From a virus, in the IMG/VR virus record IMGVR_UViG_3300042352_001346, positions 1 to 64,000 of that record: a DNA stretch of 64,000 bases. One strand, written 5' to 3'. Position numbers and translations under genes: made by a program. Shown in pieces: positions 56,095 through 64,000 of this stretch. Every line of letters starts with the position of its first letter. The first letter of the stretch is position 1. The notes beneath the pieces were generated by a model. The model saw only the letters and a list, made by a program, of their open reading frames with translations. It searched no databases and was not told the origin of the DNA.

Positions 56095-56682
56095 ATGGAA
56101 AATAATTTTGAAACTTCATTAACCAAAATAATTGGTTCAATTAAAAGGTATTCTATAACTCGCCAAATTTTTACTTATACATTTAAAACTAATCATCATT
56201 TTACAGAAAGTAAAAGAAAGAGAGTATTATCTTTAGAAGATGTACTTGAAGTAATTGATTTTGGTGGTTTTTCTTGGGATTTCAATAATTCAAAACTTTA
56301 TTATCAATTAACTGAAACTGAATATAAGTATTTAAATACTTTAAAAGGTAAAATATTATCATCTGATGAAATTAATTTTATAAATAATTTGATTGAAGGT
56401 GATAATTCTTTATTTATAGCTATTCAAGAAAAAGAATCATTATCAAAAGATAGTGCATTAGAAAAAATTGCTGAAATATTAGTAGGACGTACAGCAGAAG
56501 AATTAGAAATTGCAAAAGATATACTTTATAATGACAGAGATTATAAGTATAAATCTGATAAAGTAAAAGCTTATTTAAAAGGTTCTATTAGACCAGATTA
56601 TATTGTTAATATTCTTTCTTTAAGAAAAGAAACAGTAGTTAATTTAAGTTATGTTGAAAGTATTAAAAAACAATTAAATTAA
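56095..56682 (+). CDS. Hypothetical protein
   Basis: ATG at 56095; the TTG at 56032 lies within the promoter. Confidence 0.6.
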   Translation: MENNFETSLTKIIGSIKRYSITRQIFTYTFKTNHHFTESKRKRVLSLEDVLEVIDFGGFSWDFNNSKLYYQLTETEYKYLNTLKGKILSSDEINFINNLIEGDNSLFIAIQEKESLSKDSALEKIAEILVGRTAEELEIAKDILYNDRDYKYKSDKVKAYLKGSIRPDYIVNILSLRKETVVNLSYVESIKKQLN

Positions 56683-56688
56683 TTTATT

Positions 56689-56982
56689 ATGGATATTTAT
56701 AATAAATTAAATGATTTAATTAATAATCATGTATTTTTTACTATAAAAAAAATACGTTTAAGAAGAACTGTATTTATATCTCTTGTAAAAGAATTAGAAT
56801 TGAATTTATCTATACCAAATAAACCTGGATTTAAATATACTGATTTTAAATTATCGACTCCTAATGGTATTGTAATAAATATTGAAGAAATAGGTAATCG
56901 AGGTACTAATAAAGTAATAGGTATAGATAAAAAAGAAATTGAAATATTATCTTTTGATGATAATTTTAATATAATTAAGTAA
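56689..56982 (+). CDS. Hypothetical protein
   Basis: 97-aa ORF in the operon. Confidence 0.5.
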   Translation: MDIYNKLNDLINNHVFFTIKKIRLRRTVFISLVKELELNLSIPNKPGFKYTDFKLSTPNGIVINIEEIGNRGTNKVIGIDKKEIEILSFDDNFNIIK

Positions 56983-56983
56983 T

Positions 56984-59900
56984 ATGGAATTAAAGCAATG
57001 GATTCAAAATAATAATTTAGATGTAAAATTTATAGATAGTTTTACATTAAAATGTGATGAAAAATTATTTAGAATAGTATTTCCTAATAATGAGGATATA
57101 TTATTTGATGATAATTTTTCATTAGTTTTGGATGATAGTGATAAGAATTTTGATTGTGATTTTTATTTATTTGAATTTGGAAATAAATGGTTTTATATAG
57201 ATAAAATTCAATGGAAAAAACCTAAGTTAAAATTATTTAAATATGTTGGTAAATCTATTAAAAATAGTTTATCTAATGCATTACCATTTGCTCATTTAGG
57301 TTTGAGAGGTAAATATGAAATTTTAAATGGTTCAGGTGATTATGAAAAATATTGCAAAAAATGTAATTTTATAAATGGATATGGTTTAGGTATTTGTGAA
57401 AAAAATACATTAGCAGGAGTAGTTGCTTTTCAACAAGCATGTGAAAAAAATAAAATTAAAGGTTGTATAGGTATGACCATTGATTGTAAATTTGATGATG
57501 AAACTGATTCATGTGAGTGTAAAGTATTTGTTGTAGATAAAATTGGATGGAAACATATTTTAAAACTTAGTGCTTTAATAAATATACATGAAAATAAATA
57601 TATAACTGAACAACAATTATTAGATAATTCATCAGGATTAATATTTATTTTTGGTAATAGAGCACCTTTAAATGAAAGACGTATAGAAGTTTTTAATATT
57701 GCTTTTTATGAAGTTTATTATCAATTTGATAGTGTTGTTTGGGAAAGTGATAGAATAGATATGATTCATCTTGCTAATATGAAAGATTATATTGAATTGT
57801 ATAGAAATAAATTAAAACCAATTTTATTAAATGATAGTTATTATATAGATGAAGAAGATTTTGAAGTAAAAAAAATATTAAATAAAATTGGTAATAGAAG
57901 ATTTCAAAACGATAGTAAGAATCAATATTATCAATCATTAGAAGATATTATTGCTTATTTAGACCCTTTGTTTAAAAATAAATCATTATTAGAAGATTTA
58001 TTTATTTCTTCATTATTAAATACTAAAACTTTATTAGATAATTGTGAATTTAAATTAGAATTAAATAAACAATTCTTTATACCAAAATTTAGCACTGCAC
58101 ATTTATCTAGTGAATATCCAAAAGATAATAATGCTTTATTCTTTTATTTAATTAATAAAGGAATGAAAGCTAAAGGTATTGAAAATAATATTAAATATTT
58201 ACAAAGACTTGATGAAGAATTAGAAGTAATAATGAAAGGAGGATTTGTAGAATATTTTTTAATTCTTTGGGACGTAATTAGATGGTGTGAAGAAGAAAAA
58301 GATATATTAACAGGTATTGGCAGAGGTTCAGCTGCAGGTAGTTTAATTGCATTTTTATTAAATATTACTAGAATAGACCCTTTACCTTATGATTTATTAT
58401 TTAGTAGATTTTTAAATGCTGGTCGTATAGGAAAATCATTACCAGATATAGATACAGATTTTGAAGGTGAAAGACGTGAAGAAGTAAAACAATATTTAGA
58501 ACAAATGTATGGTAAAAACTTTGTTTGTAGTATTGGAAGTTTTAATGCATTAAAATTAAAATCAGGTCTTAAAGATTTAGGACGTATAAGTGGAATTGAA
58601 TTTAATTATGTAAATGTAATAACTTCATCTTTAAATCCTAAAGAAGGTAGAGATGCTGAAATAGAAGAATTATTTATTTTAGCATTAGATATGGAGAAAA
58701 AAGGTAAACCTGGTGTTAAAGATTTTATTAAAAAATTTCCACGTATAGCTAATAATTTATATCTTTTATTAGACCAACCAAAATCACCTAAAGTGCATCC
58801 TTGTGCAACTATTATTTTACCAAATGCAAATGATGGTGAAGATATATTTGATAAAATACCTCTTAGAAAAGATGGCGAAGTATTAATTTCTATGTGGGAA
58901 GGTGAATATCTTGAAGCATTAGGTTATCTTAAAGAAGATATACTTGGAATTGCTCAACTTGATAAATTTGGCATGATTTTAAAATTAATCAAAAAACATA
59001 CAGGTAATAAAATTGATATTTATAATCTTCCAGTTGATGATATTAAAGTAATTGATTTTTTTCAAAAAGGATTAACAGGTGATGTTTTTCAATTTGGTAG
59101 TATAGGATTAACTAAATTTTGTAAAGAAGTTAAACCATATAATATAGAAGAATTAATTAATATGGTTGCTCTATACAGACCAGGTCCAATTGGTTCAGGA
59201 GCACATACCAAATATATTAAAGTAAAAGAAGGTAAAGAACAACCTGATTATGATTTTAATTTAAAGGAAGTAACAGAATCTACTTTTGGTTTGTATATAT
59301 TTCAAGAACAAGTAATGAAAGCTTGTGGTATATTAGGTGGATTTAATGGAATTGAAGTTGATGATATTCGTAAGGGAATGGGTAAAAAATTAATTAAAGT
59401 ACTAGAACCTTATAAAAAAAGATTTGTTGATAATGCAGTTAAATTAGGTTGTGAACAAATAGAAGCTGAAAAAATATGGGATAAGTTAGAATTATTTTCT
59501 GGATATGGTTTTAATAAATCACATGCTGCTTGTTATGCAATGATGGGGTATATTTCACAATGGTTGAAAGTATATTATCCTCTTGAATTTTGGACTAGTG
59601 CATTTCAATTTTGTAAAAATGATAAAGAAGGACAAATAACAGAAAGAAGATTTTTATCTGAAATTAAAAAAACAACTAATTTAAAAATTGTACCTCCTGA
59701 TATTAATAATAGTACATTAAATTTTGAAGCTGACCCTAAAAGATTTAAAATATATTGGTCTTTATCAAGAGTTAAATTTTTAGGTGAAGTAGGTCTTGAT
59801 GTTTTATTATTAGAACGTGAACAAAATGGTAAATTTTTCTCAATTGAAGAATTTACAAAAAGATTACCTAAAGCTTTTATTAATAAAAGAATTGTAATTT

Positions 59901-60445
59901 GTTTGATTTTATCAGGTGCATTTGATGATATGTATAATATTATGAATCCTTTAGATAGGAAAATAATATTAGATAAATTTTATGCAGTTTCAGGTAATGC
60001 ACAAGATGAAAAAATTATAGATTATTCTCTTATAAATAAAGAATGGTATTGGGTAATGAAACAAATGGAGTTTAGTGGTTTAGGTGATATTAATTATAGA
60101 AAATTAGCTGAGGAAAATGGTTTTGGTAATTTAGTAAATAATTATATTGATTCCTATGAATTACAAAGAGAAAGCAATGTAAAACAAAAGGTAACTATGG
60201 GTGGTATTTTAAAAAAAGTTACTACAAGGTCAAGTCAAAAAGGTCCTTGGGGTGTATTAGATTTAGATAGTAACAATGAACAAATACAAGTATATTGTTG
60301 GAATGCAGAATGGACAAGTTTAAAAGAAGAAATACTTAAATCTGTTGAAAAACCATTTATTTTTACAGGAGTAGTACAATTTAATGCTTATAGTCAAACT
60401 AATATTATACATTTACAAAATAATTCAGTAACTAAATTTTTATAA
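56984..60445 (+). CDS. dnaE: DNA polymerase III alpha (family C)
   Basis: GRGSAAGSL, PDIDTDF, KEDILG, LYRPGP, YGFNKSHA, PPDIN, C-terminal OB fold. Confidence 0.95.
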   Translation: MELKQWIQNNNLDVKFIDSFTLKCDEKLFRIVFPNNEDILFDDNFSLVLDDSDKNFDCDFYLFEFGNKWFYIDKIQWKKPKLKLFKYVGKSIKNSLSNALPFAHLGLRGKYEILNGSGDYEKYCKKCNFINGYGLGICEKNTLAGVVAFQQACEKNKIKGCIGMTIDCKFDDETDSCECKVFVVDKIGWKHILKLSALINIHENKYITEQQLLDNSSGLIFIFGNRAPLNERRIEVFNIAFYEVYYQFDSVVWESDRIDMIHLANMKDYIELYRNKLKPILLNDSYYIDEEDFEVKKILNKIGNRRFQNDSKNQYYQSLEDIIAYLDPLFKNKSLLEDLFISSLLNTKTLLDNCEFKLELNKQFFIPKFSTAHLSSEYPKDNNALFFYLINKGMKAKGIENNIKYLQRLDEELEVIMKGGFVEYFLILWDVIRWCEEEKDILTGIGRGSAAGSLIAFLLNITRIDPLPYDLLFSRFLNAGRIGKSLPDIDTDFEGERREEVKQYLEQMYGKNFVCSIGSFNALKLKSGLKDLGRISGIEFNYVNVITSSLNPKEGRDAEIEELFILALDMEKKGKPGVKDFIKKFPRIANNLYLLLDQPKSPKVHPCATIILPNANDGEDIFDKIPLRKDGEVLISMWEGEYLEALGYLKEDILGIAQLDKFGMILKLIKKHTGNKIDIYNLPVDDIKVIDFFQKGLTGDVFQFGSIGLTKFCKEVKPYNIEELINMVALYRPGPIGSGAHTKYIKVKEGKEQPDYDFNLKEVTESTFGLYIFQEQVMKACGILGGFNGIEVDDIRKGMGKKLIKVLEPYKKRFVDNAVKLGCEQIEAEKIWDKLELFSGYGFNKSHAACYAMMGYISQWLKVYYPLEFWTSAFQFCKNDKEGQITERRFLSEIKKTTNLKIVPPDINNSTLNFEADPKRFKIYWSLSRVKFLGEVGLDVLLLEREQNGKFFSIEEFTKRLPKAFINKRIVICLILSGAFDDMYNIMNPLDRKIILDKFYAVSGNAQDEKIIDYSLINKEWYWVMKQMEFSGLGDINYRKLAEENGFGNLVNNYIDSYELQRESNVKQKVTMGGILKKVTTRSSQKGPWGVLDLDSNNEQIQVYCWNAEWTSLKEEILKSVEKPFIFTGVVQFNAYSQTNIIHLQNNSVTKFL

Positions 60446-60446
60446 A

Positions 60447-61019
60447 ATGGCTCAAAAAGTAATTCATTTAGAAAATAATGTAGTAGTAATTTTGCAATAT
60501 AGTGATTTTGCAAATGAAATTAATGTAGATGATTTAATGTCAATTGATTCTACTAATATTTTAGGAGAAGTATTAACATTTCCAGTTATATTAAATAGAT
60601 TTGGTTTAATATTAGCTGAAAAAGAAGATGATTTAAGACGTACAAATTTTTTGTATGAAACTAAATTAGATGAAGTTAAAAATGAATTAGCAAAAGCTTA
60701 TGGAAGAGCATTTAGTTATTTTCAATCAGAAGCTGGAGGTAGTGTAAAAAATCCAACTGGTGCTCAATGTGAGAATAGAGCTAAAGAAGATGAAATTGTA
60801 TTAGAAAAAAAGAAAGATGCAGATAATATAAGAAATATACTTTTAGATGTTCAAAAAGAAAGAGACTTAATGAATAGTCTTTATTGGTCAGCTAAAAGTA
60901 AAGATGAAAAATTAAATAAATTAACAGAAAAATTATCACCAAGAGAATTAGAAAGTGAACTTATAGATGGTTTAATAAATGGTGTTATGATTAAAAAAAC
61001 TAAATCTCTTATGGGGTAA
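60447..61019 (+). CDS. Coiled-coil protein, possible UvsY-like recombination mediator
   Basis: Long helices; located between the polymerase and SSB genes. Confidence 0.4.
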   Translation: MAQKVIHLENNVVVILQYSDFANEINVDDLMSIDSTNILGEVLTFPVILNRFGLILAEKEDDLRRTNFLYETKLDEVKNELAKAYGRAFSYFQSEAGGSVKNPTGAQCENRAKEDEIVLEKKKDADNIRNILLDVQKERDLMNSLYWSAKSKDEKLNKLTEKLSPRELESELIDGLINGVMIKKTKSLMG

Positions 61020-61086
61020 TGTTGTATGAGTTGGGAAAGTTTTAAATTTTATATACCTTTACTTTATAAAATTAAAAAAAACTATC

Positions 61087-61542
61087 ATGACTAAATGGCA
61101 ACAATTTTTGGAAGTTATTAAAAAATATACTTTCAATACAACTACAGTAGATTTACAAACTAATGGTGCAGCAGATATAAAAACTGCTTTATCAGCTTTA
61201 GGTTTACCTCCTAAATTAGTTTTTAAATTATCACAAACAGGTACAGCTGTACCTACATTAACTGCAATTTTAAATACAATTGGTGCAACAGTTGGAACTC
61301 CAACAAGAACATCAGCAGGTTTTTACACAGTACCTATTACAGGAACTGGTTTGTTAACTACTGCATTAGCAAGTAAAATACCTATTAAAATTGCAAATGG
61401 TTGTACAGCAGGTCTTGTTACAGCTGAAGTTTTAGCAACAGATGTTTTAACTATTAAAACATATCAAGTTACAGATGGTGCAATTGCTGATGTAATGTTA
61501 GATAATTGTACATTTGAAATTGATTTTTATCCTCAAAGCTAA
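61087..61542 (+). CDS. T/A/G-rich beta protein, possibly a virion decoration protein
   Basis: RTSAGFYTV motif; own promoter variant (61030-61061) and terminator. Confidence 0.45.
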   Translation: MTKWQQFLEVIKKYTFNTTTVDLQTNGAADIKTALSALGLPPKLVFKLSQTGTAVPTLTAILNTIGATVGTPTRTSAGFYTVPITGTGLLTTALASKIPIKIANGCTAGLVTAEVLATDVLTIKTYQVTDGAIADVMLDNCTFEIDFYPQS

Positions 61543-61566
61543 AATCTTTTCTAATTATTTAATTAT

Positions 61567-61607
61567 AGAGCAGTATGTTAATTAATATACTGCTCTTGCT
61601 TTTTTTT
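61567..61607 (+). terminator. Rho-independent terminator
   Basis: AGAGCAGTAT...ATACTGCTCT plus T-run. Confidence 0.8.
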
Positions 61608-61622
61608 AAAAAAAAAGAAAAA

Positions 61623-61654
61623 TTTGGAGATTTCGAAAAATCTTCGTACCTTCG
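61623..61654 (+). promoter_or_regulatory. Bacteroidota-type promoter, extended class
   Basis: TTTGGAGA...TTCGTACCTTCGC; spacer 20. Confidence 0.8.
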
Positions 61655-61704
61655 CAAGAGAATTAAGGATACGAATAAATTGTAAACAAATAAAATTGTA
61701 AAAA

Positions 61705-62538
61705 ATGAAAAATTTCTCAACACTTGTACCTGCCGAGTTTTATGCTCCAACTGAAAAAGTTGATACCATAAGTTTAATGCCAGGTTTTTTAGCTATGCCT
61801 TATAATGAAGCAGCAGTTGTTATGCATTTGCCAGTTGAAGGTCAATTAGAAGCTAATAAAACAACTGTAAATTTTTGTTCTAAAGGTTATGCATTAATTC
61901 CAAATGCTACTATTTTTCCAATTATTGAAGAAAAATTAAAAGCAAGTAATTTAGCTTATCAAGTGTATTATAAAATACATAATACAGCAATTTTCTTTAT
62001 TACTTATGTATTAACAGGTTCTGAAATAGAAGTTGATGGTATTACTTACAATCCATCTATTTCAATTCAGCACAGTTATAATTCACAAGTATTGTATGGT
62101 ATTACACCAGGTTTGAAAGAAAAAGATGGTGAAAATGTATTATTTGGTCTTTCAGAAGATTATATTGTTTCTCATTGTACAGGTAATACTGAAAAAATTA
62201 TCACTACTACTTTAGATACAATTATTAACTATGTAGAGAAATATAAATCATCAGTTTCTGAAAGTATAGCATTGCTTACAGAATATGATATTAATATTTC
62301 TGAATTAGAAGCTACTGTTGAAGAAGCAATTGATGAAGTTAAGTTTTTAAAACTTAAAGATAAAGTAGTTGAAAATGTATTGGCTTTAAATAAAGCAGGT
62401 TCTACAAAAGTTAACTATTGGACAATTTATAAAGGTTTTGTTCAAGAGTTAAATGAAAATAATACAATGCAACACGATAAAAGAGTGAAGCTTGAACAAT
62501 ATTTATTTGATTACTTCACTAGTGATGAAGAAGAATAG
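61705..62538 (+). CDS. DUF932-like protein (degenerate)
   Basis: S..Y.LIPN...F, I.HSYN, H..G, YWTIY pattern. Confidence 0.45.
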   Translation: MKNFSTLVPAEFYAPTEKVDTISLMPGFLAMPYNEAAVVMHLPVEGQLEANKTTVNFCSKGYALIPNATIFPIIEEKLKASNLAYQVYYKIHNTAIFFITYVLTGSEIEVDGITYNPSISIQHSYNSQVLYGITPGLKEKDGENVLFGLSEDYIVSHCTGNTEKIITTTLDTIINYVEKYKSSVSESIALLTEYDINISELEATVEEAIDEVKFLKLKDKVVENVLALNKAGSTKVNYWTIYKGFVQELNENNTMQHDKRVKLEQYLFDYFTSDEEE

Positions 62539-62560
62539 TTTTTACAATTGTTAGTTAGTA

Positions 62561-62591
62561 AGGCGAGTTGTTTCTACAACTTGCCTATTTT
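62561..62591 (+). terminator. Terminator-like hairpin
   Basis: AGGCGAGTTGT-TTCT-ACAACTTGCCT followed by ATTTT. Confidence 0.7.
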
Positions 62592-62625
62592 AGTCTGTAT
62601 TTTTTAATCTTTAAATATATAAATC

Positions 62626-64000
62626 ATGGGTACTTTTGACCGCAGTATTATTCCGGAAGTAACAACGGAAGATTTAGTTGCACAGCAACAGGAAAATGAA
62701 GCCTTAGTAGGTAGAAAAAAAAGTGTTGATTATTTAGCCTTTAAATCAGGTCTAAATATTAGAAGAATTATGCCACCACATCCAGGTACAAAAACTTGGA
62801 TTGCATGTAAAGGTGTGCACTGGTTACCTATTCAAGTTGTAGTTAAAAAAGACGACAAAAAAGAAGTAAGAGGTGCTAAACCTGAGGAAATTGAATTAGG
62901 TTTAAAAAATGGTACCTACATTTATGAAATTAAAAGAAAACCAATTTTTAATTCTCGTATTCATGGTGGTATTACAAAATCATTATCAGAAGAATATAAA
63001 AAATTCGCTGAAAAATGCTTTACAGAAGAATATGAAGGAGACCCAAAAAGTAAACAAGGTAAAACTGATATTGCTAAAAAAATGATGCCTATTACTGATT
63101 GGAAAGAAGGTATTAATTTAGGTATTTCATGGGTTGCTTATTGTCTTGATATTGTAGGAGAAAAAAGAGTTTTTGGTCGTCAAGAATTTTCAGATGGTTT
63201 GAAAAAATCAATGGATGCATTTTGTATTTCTGAAAGTGGTGGGCAAGCTATACAAACAGATGTTTTTTCTCATATTGATAAAGGTAAAGCATTAGGTATT
63301 ACTTATGACCCTACAAATGAAGATAAAAAGAAAATTTATATTCCTGTACTATATTGGCAAAAAGACTGGCCAATTACAGATGATGAACTTGAACTTTGGA
63401 ATAGTTGTGCTTCTTTAGAAGAAATGTTTAAAAATTGTTACAAACGTAGAGACTTTTTGCAAGAATTAGAAGGATTAAGAAGATTTGATGAAACTAAAAA
63501 ATTAAACTTTTTTGCTTATTCAGATTTTCAAAAAATCATTGCTGAAATTGCTGCTTATTTTCCTGAGGAAGAAACAACAAACTCTTCAAATGATGTTGCT
63601 CCACAACAAACTTCAACAACTTCTCCTTCAACATCTGCTGCTCCAAATAATCTAGATGCTATAAGTTCAGGTACTTTTGAAACAGCATTATCTAACGATA
63701 AATATGATAAAGCATTTTTGCTTAAATTCATAGAAGTTGGTAAAATTAATGTAACTCCAAGAGAATCACATAACAAAGAAAGAATTTGTAGTGATATTAT
63801 TGATGCCTTATTAGAAGCTAATGGCAATAATAAAAATAAAGTTACCAAACTTGTTGAAGATTTAATTGAAGATACAAGTGCAATTCTTATTCCTGCTGCT
63901 AATCAAGCACCAGAAAGTGTTGTAAACACTAATATTGTAGAAGAAAAACAACCTGAACCTACAAGTCCAGTTAGTTCTACTTTAGCAGATTTACAAAATA
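62626..64000 (+). CDS. Putative gp32-like single-stranded DNA-binding protein, 3'-truncated
   Basis: Frame appears open from ATG 62626 to the window end (MGTFDRS...GLNIRRIMPPHPG...HWLP); low-complexity C-terminal region. Confidence 0.55.
   Translation, partial: MGTFDRSIIPEVTTEDLVAQQQENEALVGRKKSVDYLAFKSGLNIRRIMPPHPGTKTWIACKGVHWLPIQVVVKKDDKKEVRGAKPEEIELGLKNGTYIYEIKRKPIFNSRIHGGITKSLSEEYKKFAEKCFTEEYEGDPKSKQGKTDIAKKMMPITDWKEGINLGISWVAYCLDIVGEKRVFGRQEFSDGLKKSMDAFCISESGGQAIQTDVFSHIDKGKALGITYDPTNEDKKKIYIPVLYWQKDWPITDDELELWNSCASLEEMFKNCYKRRDFLQELEGLRRFDETKKLNFFAYSDFQKIIAEIAAYFPEEETTNSSNDVAPQQTSTTSPSTSAAPNNLDAISSGTFETALSNDKYDKAFLLKFIEVGKINVTPRESHNKERICSDIIDALLEANGNNKNKVTKLVEDLIEDTSAILIPAANQAPESVVNTNIVEEKQPEPTSPVSSTLADLQN

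Noticed and set aside
39825-60445. Inteins or introns in TerL, helicases or DnaE
   Set aside because: Lengths are normal, frames are continuous and no intein or LAGLIDADG motifs were seen.
41500-61700. Dispersed ~35-nt repeats as a CRISPR array or att sites
   Set aside because: Not regularly spaced; each matches the -33/-7 promoter consensus upstream of a start codon.
1371-63848. Minus-strand ORFs (1371, 7193, 12748, 17497, 19223, 54008, 61559, 63555, plus 36268, 42798, 52938) and the nested + ORF at 37515
   Set aside because: Shadows of well-supported + strand genes or promoters, with no recognisable motifs.
1-64000. Stop-codon reassignment as in some Bacteroidota phages
   Set aside because: Genes are full length in code 11, and TAG (24653, 37343, 53176, 62538) and TGA end genes at sensible boundaries.
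1-64000. tRNA/rRNA genes, integrase, reverse transcriptase/DGR
   Set aside because: None recognised; intergenic gaps are short and mostly explained by promoters and terminators.

Overview
This 64-kb window is an internal piece of a large, very AT-rich, contractile-tailed dsDNA phage. All credible genes are on the + strand in the standard code. About 14 TTTG-N19/20-TAnnTTTG-like promoters point to a Bacteroidota host. The order is: tail fibre and GAF-type holin candidate; MuF, a NUDIX-AAA fusion, prohead protease, scaffold and an SPO1/K-like major capsid protein; neck, sheath, tube and tape measure; a hub carrying M23 and lysozyme domains; baseplate interrupted by a lysis cassette; poly-Thr tail-region proteins with a glycosyltransferase; exonuclease, terminase, helicases, UvsE and primase; an arginine/polyamine enzyme cluster; SET, dCTP deaminase/dUTPase and GMP reductase; DnaE and a probable SSB. 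Best candidate new systems: (1) agmatinase + deoxyhypusine-synthase-like + ArgZ-type pentein + pyruvoyl PSD-fold decarboxylase, possibly a complete non-canonical homospermidine pathway; (2) an HPAT/SERGT-like glycosyltransferase beside poly-Thr tail-region proteins, possibly virion O-glycosylation; (3) a NUDIX-AAA protein with apparent prohead-protease sites, possibly head cargo. All family calls come from motif recognition by eye; no database searches were run.
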